This document shows, piece by piece, positions 1-12,271 of a DNA stretch of 46,782 bases; positions within the stretch are counted from its first letter, which is position 1; each line of letters opens with the position of its first letter. Source of the DNA: Folioceros fuciformis (Eukaryota). Made by a program: the position numbers and the translations under genes. Under the pieces are notes generated by a model. It saw nothing but the letters and a program-made list of their open reading frames with translations, made no database searches and was not told the DNA's origin. Location: positions 130,842 to 177,623 of the forward strand of contig JBNGIO010006320.1 in NCBI GenBank assembly GCA_049999805.1, given 5' to 3'.

Positions 1-1129
1 CCCAGGACGCCTGGTACGCCAACTCGTCCCAAGCTCACCAAACGTTTGACTTTGGAGAAGGTGTTGAAAACCATGACCACAGGAAGAGAAGAACAGCACG
101 GCCTTCACAGCACCCCTTCCCCCGCTTCTCTTGATGCTGCGCCCATTCGCGAACGGTATCCTCTGAAAAAGTTGGGGATGCTGGTTCTCGTGTGGTTCGT
201 CTACTTCGCCATCAACTTGATTCGAGGCGGCAAGTCCAGCCAGGTTAGCCATTCGTGTTACTTGACAGGAAGTGTGTTTACTTTCAAACGCATGCGTTTG
301 TGTCTGTGTGCTAAATTGCTGCAACTGGCATGGTGAATTCTGCCGCAGAGCTTGTTCACCGTGAAACCATGTGGCGTCGAATATTGGCTCTTGACAGCCT
401 CGCAGATTCCTGTCGCTCTGGGATTCACAGCCTGGGTTGTCCTGCAGGCCCACAAGTCCTGTGACGACTCCAGCCCAGGAAATCAGGTAGTGGCGGTTCT
501 CATTCCCAAAACTTGCACTGCAACGTTTTTAAAGGCCCAGAGATTATCAATCTCCATGCAATCTCCTTGTCATGCAGGAGGAGCGTATCACTTATGCACA
601 CAAGGCCGGAGGTCTGCTACCAGTGATGGCTTTTCTCGCTGGACTAATGGGAAGCATGTTAGGCATTGGGGGAGCCATGGTCATTAACCCTCTTCTCTTG
701 GAACTTGGGATGTACCCCCAGGTTGGTACACAGCACTTCCACCGGATTTTTCCCCTCATTCATGCTCTCGATTCTTTCTTCGACAGAGAGCTACTAATCG
801 CAGCAATCTCTCCCCAACAGGTGACAGCGGCTACATGTGCTTTCATGGTCTTCTTCTCCTCCTCCATGTCAGTGGTGCAGTACTGGCTACTGGGCCGTTT
901 GCCTATGGCTTATGCCCTCTTGTTTGCTGCGATAAGCTTTGCGTTTTCACTAGTGGGGCAGATCGTGGTACAGCGTATCATCGTCAGGTACGGGAGAGCA
1001 TCTATCATCGTCTTCGCGGTCTCGGCTGTTATAGGCCTGAGTACTATAGCCATGGCTGGTTTTGGAGGGTATGCGGTTATCAAAGAATATCTTGGAGGAG
1101 GTTACATGGGATTTCACAAACCTTGCTGA
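1..1129 (+). CDS. Sulfite exporter TauE/SafE family membrane protein (3' part; begins upstream of window)
   Basis: Exons <1-243, 349-486, 578-721, 821-1129 with GT-AG introns. Hydrophobic TM helices, GxxGxxLGIGG motif (AGLMGSMLGIGGAMVINPLLL), QVTAATCAFMVFFSSSMSVVQY, and a C-terminal YMGFHKPC typical of plant TauE proteins. Confidence 0.88.
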
Positions 1130-1994
1130 AGACGGAGCGATTCCCACTGCCATGCGCACCCAAAGAGCTGACACCCACGCTCACGCAGGTACATTCAACA
1201 GCTCCGTTGCACACAATCGGCCACCTTAGTCTGGACGGGTCAGCCGTCCAGGCTACAGCTTTACTGACAGTTCTGCCTTTGTTTGCCAGAGCTGGTTGTA
1301 CCCATTGCACACTTGCCATTCCACTGATGTGTCAAAATAATGACTTTAGATCTGTAACGTTGACACGAAACTCCACTTAAAACATTTTAAAACAGTGACA
1401 CTTCGCTGATTGTAGAAAGTGTGACTTAGCGTATCATGACCATTTGTATCCTACATTTGTGTTCCCCCATAATACAGTCTGCAAGAGAACCAGCAATTCA
1501 CCTCCAGCAGTGTACACTTACTGAGGTGAGTGACAAAATTGAACACAATTTGCGTCTGTGCACAATCCTTCCCCTTAGGTAACGCTGACGATTGTAAAAA
1601 ACAGTAGGCAATGTGCAAGATGGGCCACCAAAGATCGCAAAACAGGTTGGTCCGAAGGAAACGACAGGCTTCCTGCATTCAACGACAGGCTCACTGCATT
1701 CTCACGTTAAAGCTGAACCTTGTGCATGTCTCGAAATGCTGCAAGGGATGTTGGGGACCTTTTACCTGTTACCGACATACGAGATAAGAGCCATTGCAAT
1801 TCTACGCAGTACAGTTAAGCAGGACAAATCAGTGTACAAGAAACTCAGGATGTCAGCAGCAGCTGGCTATCTCAAGTCGACGATCTTCCCTTGCTCGAAG
1901 GACCTCAAGCTCTGTGCTGGCGAGCTCCGATTTTTCTGTCAGTAATCAAGGGTTGGCAGCAAGCAGCAAGCATTTTACGGAAGTTGAAAGTAAG

Positions 1995-3476
1995 TCATGT
2001 TTCCTCACACCCGTGTCCGAAGGAGGTAAAGGAAGTCTCCGAGACAACGTGGAATGCAGGACTGAACATTCTATAGGGAATGCCGGAGTAATCGCAATGC
2101 AAATCCTGCCCCAAGAGGTGCCAGGTGTCTGCCGGAATGTTGTATGCAATCAGGTGAGAAAGAACTCCCGGTTGGCCAACCTCAGGTATGTGCAGTCCCA
2201 AAGTGAGGCAGATGCAATCCCCTACCATCAGGGCATCGATTAGGGTGCAATTGGAGATCTTTATGCTTAGATCCAGGGAAGCAGCCCTGTCCATGGTAAT
2301 GTCTGCTCCTACTGTTCCGAGATTGTCCGGCAAGACAGCCACCTTGTCCCACATCAAACTGCTCTGGTCCAGTTTCCAAATCCCGCACCTCATGCACTGA
2401 TCCCTGTCCACAGACTCTCCCACGCAATATATACTACCGCAGTGCTCCAGCATTTCACACACATCCCCCATGTCGTGGTAGCGCCGATCGGGGGACGCAG
2501 CATGGAAGTCGGGTTCTGGAAACCTGCGGACAACCTTGCCGTCCTCCGCGTTCTGTACGGCGAAGTGGTTGAATCTGCCGAGGGAGTAGAGCAGCCCGTT
2601 GCAAAGCAGGTAGTGGGGACTCGACCAGCGTAGGGAGTAAGGGAAGTAGTCGTCCCTGAGCCCCAGCTCCAGCGGAATCCGCTTCCACACCTTCGTCCGG
2701 GAGCAGTACAGGGTGACAGTGAGCCTGCTGTCGCCTCGGAAGCTTCGATTGCTCATCACAACCACATTGAACCAGCGGGACGCTACTCCTCCTCCAGCCA
2801 CCAGCTTCACTCTCCAGTCTCTGGTGTAAGGCTCGCCCCGTGCGAACTCCGGAGGCATCTCCTCCCACGTCTTAGTCACAGGATTGACCACACAGAATCC
2901 GACGCTGCTGGAGCCAGCAGCATCCGAATTCCCGTTCCCCGACCTGGCAAGCGCCCGCATCCTGGCAGGCTTGATGATGCAGGCGAGGCCGTCTTGGGTG
3001 ACAAATTCGTTGAAGTATCGGAACCTTTTGGGCAGGAAGGCGAGGCTGAGCCTGGTGCAAAGGGCTTGTCTGAAGAGTGTGGGCACATGAGACTGTTGAT
3101 TTGGCCTCTTGCGTGCCCAATTGGCAGGCTGGTACTCGATGGCTCCGATCACCGGCTCAGAATTGGGCACACAGAGAGCAGCACTGCGGATGAGGAAGGA
3201 CTTGGAGGAGAGCAAGGCCTGCCAGCGCTTGCACACGGCCTGGAATCGGAATCGGCTGGCGGGAGGGAGGGTTGCCAGGATCATTTCCAACACGCCCTGC
3301 GGCAGCCTGCTCCACATGGATGCCTCCATCTGGGCAGAAGAATCTTGGTGCATGGATCCGTCGAACTTGCCTGACAGAATGTGCAACAGAAAATGGGGTT
3401 CCGAGTGTACAGGCACGTCGAGCCCATCCTCGTCATTACTATCTCCATCGGGATCAGAGTCCCATACCATTGCCAT
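1995..3476 (-). CDS. F-box protein (intronless, 493 aa) with beta-rich substrate-binding C-terminus
   Basis: Single ORF. F-box motif WSRLPQGVLEMILATLPPASRFRFQAVCKRWQALLSSKSF, followed by CVVNPVTKTWEEMP and LYCSRTKVWK segments typical of plant F-box/kelch-like proteins. Confidence 0.85.
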   Translation of the reverse strand: MAMVWDSDPDGDSNDEDGLDVPVHSEPHFLLHILSGKFDGSMHQDSSAQMEASMWSRLPQGVLEMILATLPPASRFRFQAVCKRWQALLSSKSFLIRSAALCVPNSEPVIGAIEYQPANWARKRPNQQSHVPTLFRQALCTRLSLAFLPKRFRYFNEFVTQDGLACIIKPARMRALARSGNGNSDAAGSSSVGFCVVNPVTKTWEEMPPEFARGEPYTRDWRVKLVAGGGVASRWFNVVVMSNRSFRGDSRLTVTLYCSRTKVWKRIPLELGLRDDYFPYSLRWSSPHYLLCNGLLYSLGRFNHFAVQNAEDGKVVRRFPEPDFHAASPDRRYHDMGDVCEMLEHCGSIYCVGESVDRDQCMRCGIWKLDQSSLMWDKVAVLPDNLGTVGADITMDRAASLDLSIKISNCTLIDALMVGDCICLTLGLHIPEVGQPGVLSHLIAYNIPADTWHLLGQDLHCDYSGIPYRMFSPAFHVVSETSFTSFGHGCEET

Positions 3477-4832
3477 TCCTCCTGCCTGCCAGCAATCTCT
3501 GTTGCAGCGGATTCCTCACAGCACAAGATGCGGCTACGCCTCCACTTGGTGGAGCCCTAACCGTACACGTATTACCCTGTGAAATGGGGAATGGGCGAAT
3601 ACTTCGGCGTAAAGCACACATCCCTGGGTTTAAGTTCGTTGACGCGAGACGTCAACCTGAGTTGGCAACATGTTCCCAATGACATCATCCTGCTCGCCTT
3701 TTACGGACTTGCAATGGCAGCGCTCAGGAGTCAAGATTGGACTGCGTACAGGCTGCCTGATGAGCGTTTCATCAGGTGATGATAGATACTTGTACACGAT
3801 TCACGAGCCTGTTTTGTGGTTTGGGGGTGCGGACATGTTCATCAGCAGTACTACTGGAAGCGATGCAATGCGCATGCTGCTCCAAAAGGGTAGCCTAACC
3901 ACAGCAACAAGGAGGACAGGACAGGGGGGACGACACACGTTACTTTACATTGCTTCAATCTCCGGGACGATGCCACCTGAAATCTCTCGTTCCACTCAAA
4001 CGATATTCCTGCTTTTCCTCACAAGCTACCAAAGGTTGTTAGCACTCCGCCCAGTACCCAGTGACGAGGGAAAAGTAGCATCAGAGGGGACAACGGAGAG
4101 CAAATTTTTAGAATTTTTTTAAAGTCCCAAGATTACTAACAATACAGTTTTTACAAATGCTGCAATGCCGGGCTGGGCAGCGAATCGCACTACCAACCAG
4201 ATACTAGACAATGCATTAGAAGTTAGACCAGGCTCAAGCTATCGCAGCTTGACTTGAGCCGTACACCCATCCATCTCCAGTTCTTGCCTCCTTACATCCT
4301 GGGACAGATAGAGCTGCAAGATTGTCTGGGTCATTCAGACGGATGTAAGTTCCTACAATGAATGGTCACTTGATGCCACCTATTCTCCCCCAAAAATGGC
4401 GTCACAGCTACCGGGAAAGGCATCCGCTGCTCTGGTCCACACAGAAGAAAGCTATATATCCATCTCTTCACGGTCATAATCCTCCTACCCTGACCCCAAC
4501 CCCAAGCAATCAATACCATAGGCAGGTTGCCTCCACCCTTAGAGAGGACAACCAGCATCCCGCCCTCCGCCAATGAGGATCACGGAACATCAGCACCACC
4601 AGGTCTGCCCCGGGTCCCTTCCAACAAATGAGTTAAATCACCACAGGCTACTAAACCTCAACCAACCTGGGTGCCATGAGTACTAACCAATCTCTTCACA
4701 ATGCCTACCTACTACACTCGTCCAAGCTCCTGTACCAAAAGTAAGTAACATAGAAATCCGCGGTTCGCTACTTTACAAAGGCTTGAGCTCCACCGGCCCT
4801 AGCGTGGCCAGGCCTCGTCTGTACAAGAGAAA

Positions 4833-5561
4833 TCAATTATTCCGGACGGCAAGCCACCGCTCCATCTCCTGCTGGTCATCTGCACGCACAAAAGCCGCCA
4901 CCGCATGAAGCAGAGCCACAAAAACAGAGCCAGCCGGCAAAAGCAGCAGCAGCAGCAGCAGCAGCCCAAGGCAAACAAGGCAATCCATCTCCTCCCCTCA
5001 AACGCCATGAGCAGGGCAGCAATCACCTTGGCGGCCCCCACCTAGGCACCGGAAGAGCCCCACTGCAGGCGCACCATCCTGAATCCCGGCCCGGTTGAGA
5101 GCCAGCCGAGGGGACGCGGACCGGTAGCAGGGCACTAGCACCGCGAAGCTGGCGTCCTCGTCCAGCGAATCGTGCTCCACGAAATTCCCGGCATGCGGCT
5201 CCAGCCAGCCAACAGCCCAGTCCCAGTCGGAGTCGTCCGAGTCGGAGCCCGACATGGAAAAGCCGTCGCTAGGCACGACCACAACGTCGAATTCAGGATC
5301 GATCTGCGCTCCCCTTCGGTCACGCCACTTGCGCACCTCCCGCCTCCGCCTCCCGCTCTCAGGCCCGCTCCGGCCGGACGCCGCTTCCGCCTGGCCGCCC
5401 GCCTCCACCCTCTCCCCGCCCGCAGCGTGGTTGAATCTGGGTAGCATGTTGTCCTGCGGCTGAAACCTCTCCGCTGCCGCAGCAGGAGCCGTGGCCGTGG
5501 CCGTCGTCGGCCCCGCAGGCCACAGCCCAGGAGACAGCGCCAGAGCTGCCGTCACAGCCAT
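4833..5561 (-). CDS. Conserved plant protein of unknown function (2 exons)
   Basis: Exon 1 5561-5027 (MAVTAA...) contains IDPEFDVVVVPSDG..SDSDDSDWDWAVGWLEPH...SFAVLVPCY, a block I recognise from an uncharacterised plant family. A phase-1 intron joins exon 2 (4879-4833), encoding QQEMERWLAVRNN*. The donor choice is uncertain. Confidence 0.7.
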
Positions 5562-5758
5562 CTTCGTCACCTTCTCCTTCCCCCTACGCACCAGCTTCGC
5601 CCCGGCATCCGCCCTCTTCAGCCACCGCTGCCTCCATCCCCTGCCCGTCCCATTCCCATGCCGCCCTCCCTCTCCAGCTCCTCCTCCTCCTCCTCCTCCG
5701 CCGCCTCCTCCTTCCCTTCCTCCCCCTCCCCCTTCCCCCCCCCCCCCCCCCCCCCCCC

Positions 5759-5858
5759 NNNNNNNNNNNNNNNNNNNNNNNNNNNNNNNNNNNNNNNNNN
5801 NNNNNNNNNNNNNNNNNNNNNNNNNNNNNNNNNNNNNNNNNNNNNNNNNNNNNNNNNN
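5759..5858. other. Assembly gap (100 N) beside a poly-C / (CCT)n low-complexity run
   Basis: 100 consecutive N preceded by CCT repeats and a C homopolymer. Confidence 0.98.
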
Positions 5859-7593
5859 GAGCAGCTCCGTCGGCGTCTCCTTGCCGGAGCCGGGCCGCCC
5901 GCGGCCCGTAAAGACAGTGTCGGGGAAGGCAGCCTCGCTACTGGAGGGCTTCATATTCACCGCTCCGGAGCCCCGTCTCTAGAGAGAGAAGAAAACGTGT
6001 CAGGCCAAAAAAACCAAAGTAAAAAAACGGTGTCGCTACAGCACTTTTTTGCAGCGACGTACCACTTAACTCTCTGCGCCTGCCGCGGTCTCCTTTCTCT
6101 GGCCCACAAACTCTTCCCCCTGCTCCCGATCCCCTTTTCCAGGGCCGACCCTCCGCCCCCATCCATCCACATCTGGTACGTCCGCCTCGAGTCGTCTCGT
6201 CTGCACCGAACTCGAATTATCAACACATAAGCTTCCCTTCCCGAATCCATTCAACGGCATCAGCATCACCGAGCAGAATTAGCTCCACATCAAACTGGAA
6301 ACTTACAGAGAGCCAGTGGACAGAAACGGAATCACTCAGACTAAAGCTAGCAAGCATGCGTCACCACAACAGCAGGAACCAATCCATTCACAACCAATGC
6401 TTTCCTTACCTTACCGAACAGTGTATCGTTGCATCAGCAGGGATTTGGTACACAAACTTAGACACCGGCTTGCATCCATCGCCAAGGCAGCAGCTTAGCA
6501 GCAGCAGCAGCAGCAACAGGAAGAGCAGGTTTTCACCTTTCACTGCACGCACAAGGGATAAGGTGCTTGTATCGTGAATCGGGCTTGTTTGCTGGCCTCA
6601 TGTTCGTCCGTCCCGCTCTGCTGCTTCCTTCGATCCTCTACTCTCCTCTCCTCTCCTCCGCGCTCTGCGTTGCGTACAGTATTAGCCCCTGCATGAAAAT
6701 CTTCCTCGGGCGGGGCCGCGTGAGGCCGGATTTTGCTCAAGGTACAGTCGTGACGACAGGGAGTGTCAGTTCCGCCGCGCGTGAAGCGCACGCTCTGCCG
6801 CCGCGCCCTCTGTACTGCCCACCACTTTTTTAAATGCCGGCATGGAATCCCGTTTCACGACGGGACTCCCGTTCACGGTCCTCCGTTCCGTCCTCCTCAT
6901 CTTGGTCCGTACGACACGTTTCCTTCCCCTCCGCCCATTCTCTTTCTATCCCCGACATTTGGTATTTTAAAGCAGAATATATCAATAAATTAATATTCAC
7001 AATTACTTTCTTTTATTTTTTTAGGGTACATCCGTACGAGTACAATTCCGTCAAAAAAAATAGTTTCATATTCCAAACCCTAAAACCTACGTAGTTAGCT
7101 AGATATGTGGGAGACTAGAAGTTAATTATTGAAAAATGTATATTAAAACTACTCTTTCATCAACACCCACATCCTACTATCTTTTTGTCGTGATATAAAA
7201 CTTCTCCCAAGACTTAAAATTTTTCTATTTCTTATCTTATTTCAGGTAATTATATCTTATTATCTACATATAAGAATTATATATATATATAATTTTTATG
7301 CATGTATTGTATTAATTATTATCATTAAATCTTCTTTAAGATCAAATTACTGGTTCTAAAATATGCAATTCTCTTTTCTATGCATGCTTATTGAACTAAT
7401 TCGGTGGAAAAAACAGTTTCATTAGACAACTATTTACACCTAGCACTTCTTTCGAATGTGCCAAATTTATTGGAAAAAATGAAAATATTTTTCCATTAAA
7501 TTGACACATCCAAACATAGAATTGGCTGAATCCTCTTTGAATATAAAAAGAAAAAGCTATGTGATAGTTTTTTTCTTGGAAAAAGAACAAAAA

Positions 7594-8166
7594 ATGCCAA
7601 AACCTTATTCTCCCAAGTTATATTCCATCCGACCAGCTCACAATAGACGATACACAGGGAAAGCAGGTAATGTAGATCCTTATGATTCTGATATCCAGCT
7701 ACCTCCTCCCCCTGAAAGAGTTAAAGTTCCATCCAAGCAGTTAGATATTTACACTGATCCCACAGTGGGTGGGTTACCACATGATGATCCTCTTAATCCT
7801 CGTAGCAAGTACTGTCCAATCCTATATTCCATGGCTCCTGCCCATAACAAAGATTACTCTCTTAGGAAGACGTACCTAACGAGATTAGATGAATGGCCAT
7901 CAAAACCAGATGAAATCCATCGTTATGATAAAGTTAAGTGGACTCCCATAAAACCTGATACTAGACCAAAGGCAAGGCCTGAGATCATGAGAACAGATGA
8001 AAGACTTAAAACCCTTCCGAAATTCCAAGTAAAAAAGTACTCCTTACAAGAGCCACAGCAAGATAAAGCAGCCAAATTGGATTTTGAAAAATTCAAAAAA
8101 CTTAGTCCACATGCTTTTGCCACAATCAATGGCTGGGCTAGCCGTGAAAGAGATCACAAAAGATAA
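7594..8166 (+). CDS. Unrecognised 190-aa basic, Pro/Lys-rich protein with an internal repeat
   Basis: A 573-nt open frame in otherwise stop-rich AT-rich DNA, with an AAAATG start. Duplicated motif PKLYSIRPAHNRRY / PILYSMAPAHNKDY. Confidence 0.6.
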   Translation: MPKPYSPKLYSIRPAHNRRYTGKAGNVDPYDSDIQLPPPPERVKVPSKQLDIYTDPTVGGLPHDDPLNPRSKYCPILYSMAPAHNKDYSLRKTYLTRLDEWPSKPDEIHRYDKVKWTPIKPDTRPKARPEIMRTDERLKTLPKFQVKKYSLQEPQQDKAAKLDFEKFKKLSPHAFATINGWASRERDHKR

Positions 8167-8560
8167 CTAGATTTGCATTTTCTTTGTAGATTAAATTAGG
8201 TTTACATGTGTTAGTAATATTTATCACAAATTAAATTATATATTTATTCATTTTATAGTATCTTCGTTTTCTAGCTTGTTCTTATGTGGTGTTATGTTGA
8301 TAAGGTTTTGGAAAAAAAAATCTAATAAAATGTATAATGTTTGTTATTAGTAATTAATATATTATGATGGTTGATGCATAGGATGCATGTCAAGTACCTA
8401 TAGATGTCAAGTTATATAAAAAAATAATATATGTTTGGAATATTTGTTTGGTTACAATCACTATTTCTTGTAAATTATATCAAATTTATTAGCTTCATTT
8501 CAATTCCATTATAAAAAAACAGAGTTTAATTACTTCTCCAACATACATATTCAAGCTTGC

Positions 8561-11500
8561 ATGATGATGGTAAGCCCTTCTATATATAGATAAGATATCC
8601 TCTCAATTTATTCATTTTGTCTTCAATTTATATATTCTCATTATCATACGATGATGCGGGTAGAATAGTAAGTTGTTTCTACAAATGTTGAGTTATAGGC
8701 AAAACAAGCACAAGATTTGAATACTGTGATAAAGAATGGCGATTTAAATAAAATAGCTTTTCTTCTAGATCATGGTTGTGCGGTGGATTTCATAAACGAG
8801 GTGATTTATTTGGTCAGTTAGACCTAATTTAGTTTACATGCTTCTACACACTATTCAAAATCATGTACTAGGGTTTTCTCTTTCTGGGTATGCAGGAAGG
8901 AGACACTCCAATGCATGTTGCAGCAAAACTAGGAAATGATAAAGCAATCACACTTTTGCTTAACAAAGGCGCAAAAATTGATGCCAAAGATGCTTGGGTA
9001 AGATGAAGTATGTTTACCATGGTAAATTGGAGTTGCACCCCTTGTTATTTTTTATAAATGTGGAAGTCCTTACATTTTCATGACAGGCAAGTTGGACACC
9101 ACTTCATCATGCAGTTTGGTTGGGTGCAACAGCAGTAGTGACAATTCTTATACAAAGAAATGCAGACAAAGATGCCCAAGATAAGGTAGAATTTAAGAAA
9201 CATTGCTTGTGAAAGGAACATTGTTTCTAAGTACGTCGAAATCCATAATCTATAGATTTATTGAGCATATATGATGTTTTATAAATATGAGCATGAATGG
9301 ATTCGGAAACATGCAGGAGGACAATGCTATGATTATTGATGTATCAAGCCTATGGGCAGGAGGGGCAAACACCTCTACATCTAGCAGCAATGAGGAATAG
9401 ACTTGTGGAAATGCTCATGCTTCTCGAAAGCCATGCTAATATCAGTGCACGCGATCAGGTACATAATTTCGTACATTTATTACATATATTAATCAACCTT
9501 AATTTTGTTGGAAATCGAGTTAATTTCCGTTGTGCTCAATGGATTGTGTAGAAATTCTTCACTCCACTGCATACAGCAGCTTCATTTGGAACACCTGAGA
9601 TAGTAACAGTACTATTGCAACGTGGGGCTGACAAAAGTGCCAAGACTAAGGTATGTATTTGCGCACACAATTGTTACTTCTCAATTCTATGCAAAAACAA
9701 AAAGTTATACTCCCCCCCTTGCTAGGATGGAAAAACAGCAAAAATGCTTGCTGAAAATGCCAAGCGAACAGATATAGTTAATGCAATCAATCGACATATT
9801 GTAACACCTAGAAAGGCAGGATCCACGGTAAGTGCAACAATCTCCAAATCAAGGATGATCTTGTTCTTGCATTAGAGGCTACAGTCTGAAACATGTGAGC
9901 AAAGTATGATCAAAATAACTTGTAGAATATTTGTTCCCCACTAGATGTCCAGTGAGGTTCAAGAGCAAATCGCTCAAGTGACTGCAGCAACAGCGGCAGA
10001 ATCATCTATAGCAAGAGCACAAGATGAGATAGTTGCACGTTCTTACTCCCTTAAAGTGGAAGCATTAGAAGATTCTTTAGCAAAAGCTAAGGCCAAAGAA
10101 GAGGTTGTTGAAAACAAAAGAAGAGAGTCTGAAGGGAAACTTACCTCCATTTTAAAAAAATGCCATGATTTAGAAGCAAAGCTTGCATCTGAAGAAAAGA
10201 AGCGCAAAGAGGCTGAAGCAAAAGCTAGAGCTCTTGAGACCCAAGTAAATGATGCAATTGTTTTAGCTCGTGAATCTGAACAATTAAGGTCTGAAGCTGA
10301 AGAAAAGGCTACTCTAGGAGATAAAATTAGAATAGCTTATGATGCACAAGCTACTGAGTCAACAAGAAAAAGATCTCAAGCTGAAGCTATTGCAAATGAT
10401 CACATCAAAAGGACATCTGAAGCAGAAGCCAAGTATTTAGAGGAAGTGAACAAAAGGGTACAAGTAAGTGATTTGTTTTGCAGTTTCATGCCATTATTGA
10501 AAACTAACTCTATTTCTTTAAGATACTAGTGAGAGTAAATATGCAAGTGCATATATCAAATTTCATTATACTATCTTTGAAAAAATGATATATTTTTTGT
10601 AGGTAGAAGCATATGCCAACGAAGAAAAGAAGCTTAGAATGAGTGAAGAGAGCAAACATAAACTTGAAGAAAAAATGAGAATTGACCTTCAAGCTAGAAT
10701 AAGGGAACTTGAAGACAAATTAAGTGGTGCTAATGAAAGAAGAGCAAGTGATAGAAGAGCATCTAATGCAGAAGGAGGGTTAGGGGGTATGAGATTCTTA
10801 CCCAAATTCAAGATAGTTGGTGAAGAGGAAGAAGCTGAAGGCCGTAGAAAGCTTGAAAGGGTGGCTGAAGATTTGGAGGCAGAAATGAAGAGGAGGCAAA
10901 AAGCTGAACAACAAGCTTTAGAGGCTGAGCAGAAGTTGGTAGCGGCTGAAAATAAACTTCGAGATTATGAAGAACGTTTTCACATGGAGATACATTCAGA
11001 TGCCAAATTGCAATCAAACCCAAAACATAATGAAGCATCAAGCTCTGGAAGGAAATTAGGTAAGTGTCTTCGATACTATGTCATCTTCCTCTTCCTCCTC
11101 CTGTATATAAAATAACCTAATGAATTATTTGATTGATTGAACGTAGGAGCTGATCAAGTGTCGACGACTTGACAGGCTTGGTAGCCCTCCTTGGAGGAAA
11201 GTTGAGTGAAATGCTCATCATCTTGCGGAGTGAAGAGAATAAAAGAGCAGACCTAGAAGCTCAAGTAGCTCGGTTGTTAGGAGGCTCCAATAGTTCCTCT
11301 GCAGAAGTAAGTACCACTACCTTCCGTTCAATTGATGCTTCCAGTAGGCATAAACCTAGTAGGCATAAACCTAATACATTGCAACAATGTTTCTCCAGGC
11401 TCGTATAGGAGAACTAGAGAAGCAACTGCAAGAGGAGAAAAGAAAAAACTTGGAATTGCAAGTAAAATTGAACAAGAAAGTATACTTAGGAAGGCTTGAG

Positions 11501-11671
11501 GCAGGATCTTCCACAAGTAATCCAAACGAAGAGCCCGATCTCACTCCCATGAATGCCAATGAAGTGACTCCCAACGTTGTTGCTCCGTCCCTTCACAGTA
11601 GAGAACTCTCAAGCCCTAAGACGGGCTTTAGTGTGTTTGACAAGCTCAAAACCAAGATGAATATAAGTTGA
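8561..11671 (+). CDS. Ankyrin-repeat protein with long coiled-coil C-terminus (~11 exons)
   Basis: Manually spliced exons 8561-8569, 8699-8800, 8896-8997, 9087-9185, 9360-9458, 9552-9650, 9726-9827, 9945-10463, 10603-11059, 11176-11306, 11399-11671, all GT-AG and in frame. ANK motifs GDTPMHVAA, WTPLHHAV, GQTPLHLAA, FTPLHTAA; E/K/A-rich heptads downstream. The first micro-exon is less certain. Confidence 0.82.
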
Positions 11672-12151
11672 GATGAAACAGAAAACACGAAGAGTGGTCC
11701 AATCCCCCTTACGCGGGGCTGCCTCGGTGCTGTTCCGCCCTGGGCATGGCTGACGAAGGTAGTAACTGCTAAAGCTATGAGGTGCAAGTTTCCGTCGCAT
11801 TTAGGAAAAGACAGCGATGCCGAATGTGGTGGGGTCGCCTAACACGATGGCGACAAAACGAAGAAAAGAAAAGTAGTGTTGTTCAATCCAATGAGGCACA
11901 CGCCAAGCAAATGCAAGCAGCTCCAGTTTCAAGGAGTCCCGCGAAGTGCGAAGATAGTTTCGAAGGCGGTGCAAGAGACATCAGCAGCTGAAAACACTCC
12001 ACCAATGGCGTAACGTGTTGTCGCATAGAGTTATCCTACCCGCGGTCCCCACTCATCTCCACGAGGCGGGATGACCGTGCGCCACCTGTATGCCAAGCGG
12101 CGTCGTACCGCCCCGCCAGGTGGAGTGCGACACTCCAACAACACGAAGCAA

Positions 12152-12189
12152 AGTGCGGGAGTGCGGGAGTGCGGGAGTGCGGGAGTGCG
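12152..12189. repeat. Short tandem repeat (GTGCGGGA)n upstream of the LEA start
   Basis: About 4.5 perfect 8-mer units. Confidence 0.9.
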
Positions 12190-12271
12190 TCCGGCGAGGC
12201 GTGTTGCAGGTGTCTTCTTCAGGTGGTACGTTCGGTCGGGCAATCGCGGTCTGCGTGTTCAGGTGGTAGGC

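Noticed and set aside
835-1380. Alternative-frame and antisense ORFs over real genes (here and throughout the window)
   Set aside because: Expected shadow ORFs of GC-rich coding sequence.
1451-1990. Short ORFs between the TauE and F-box 3' ends
   Set aside because: No recognisable motif. The region is likely 3' UTR.
4998-6230. Long ORFs with poly-Gly or poly-Pro crossing the N run
   Set aside because: Artefacts of translating through the gap and the low-complexity C run. The real CDS probably starts at 5561.
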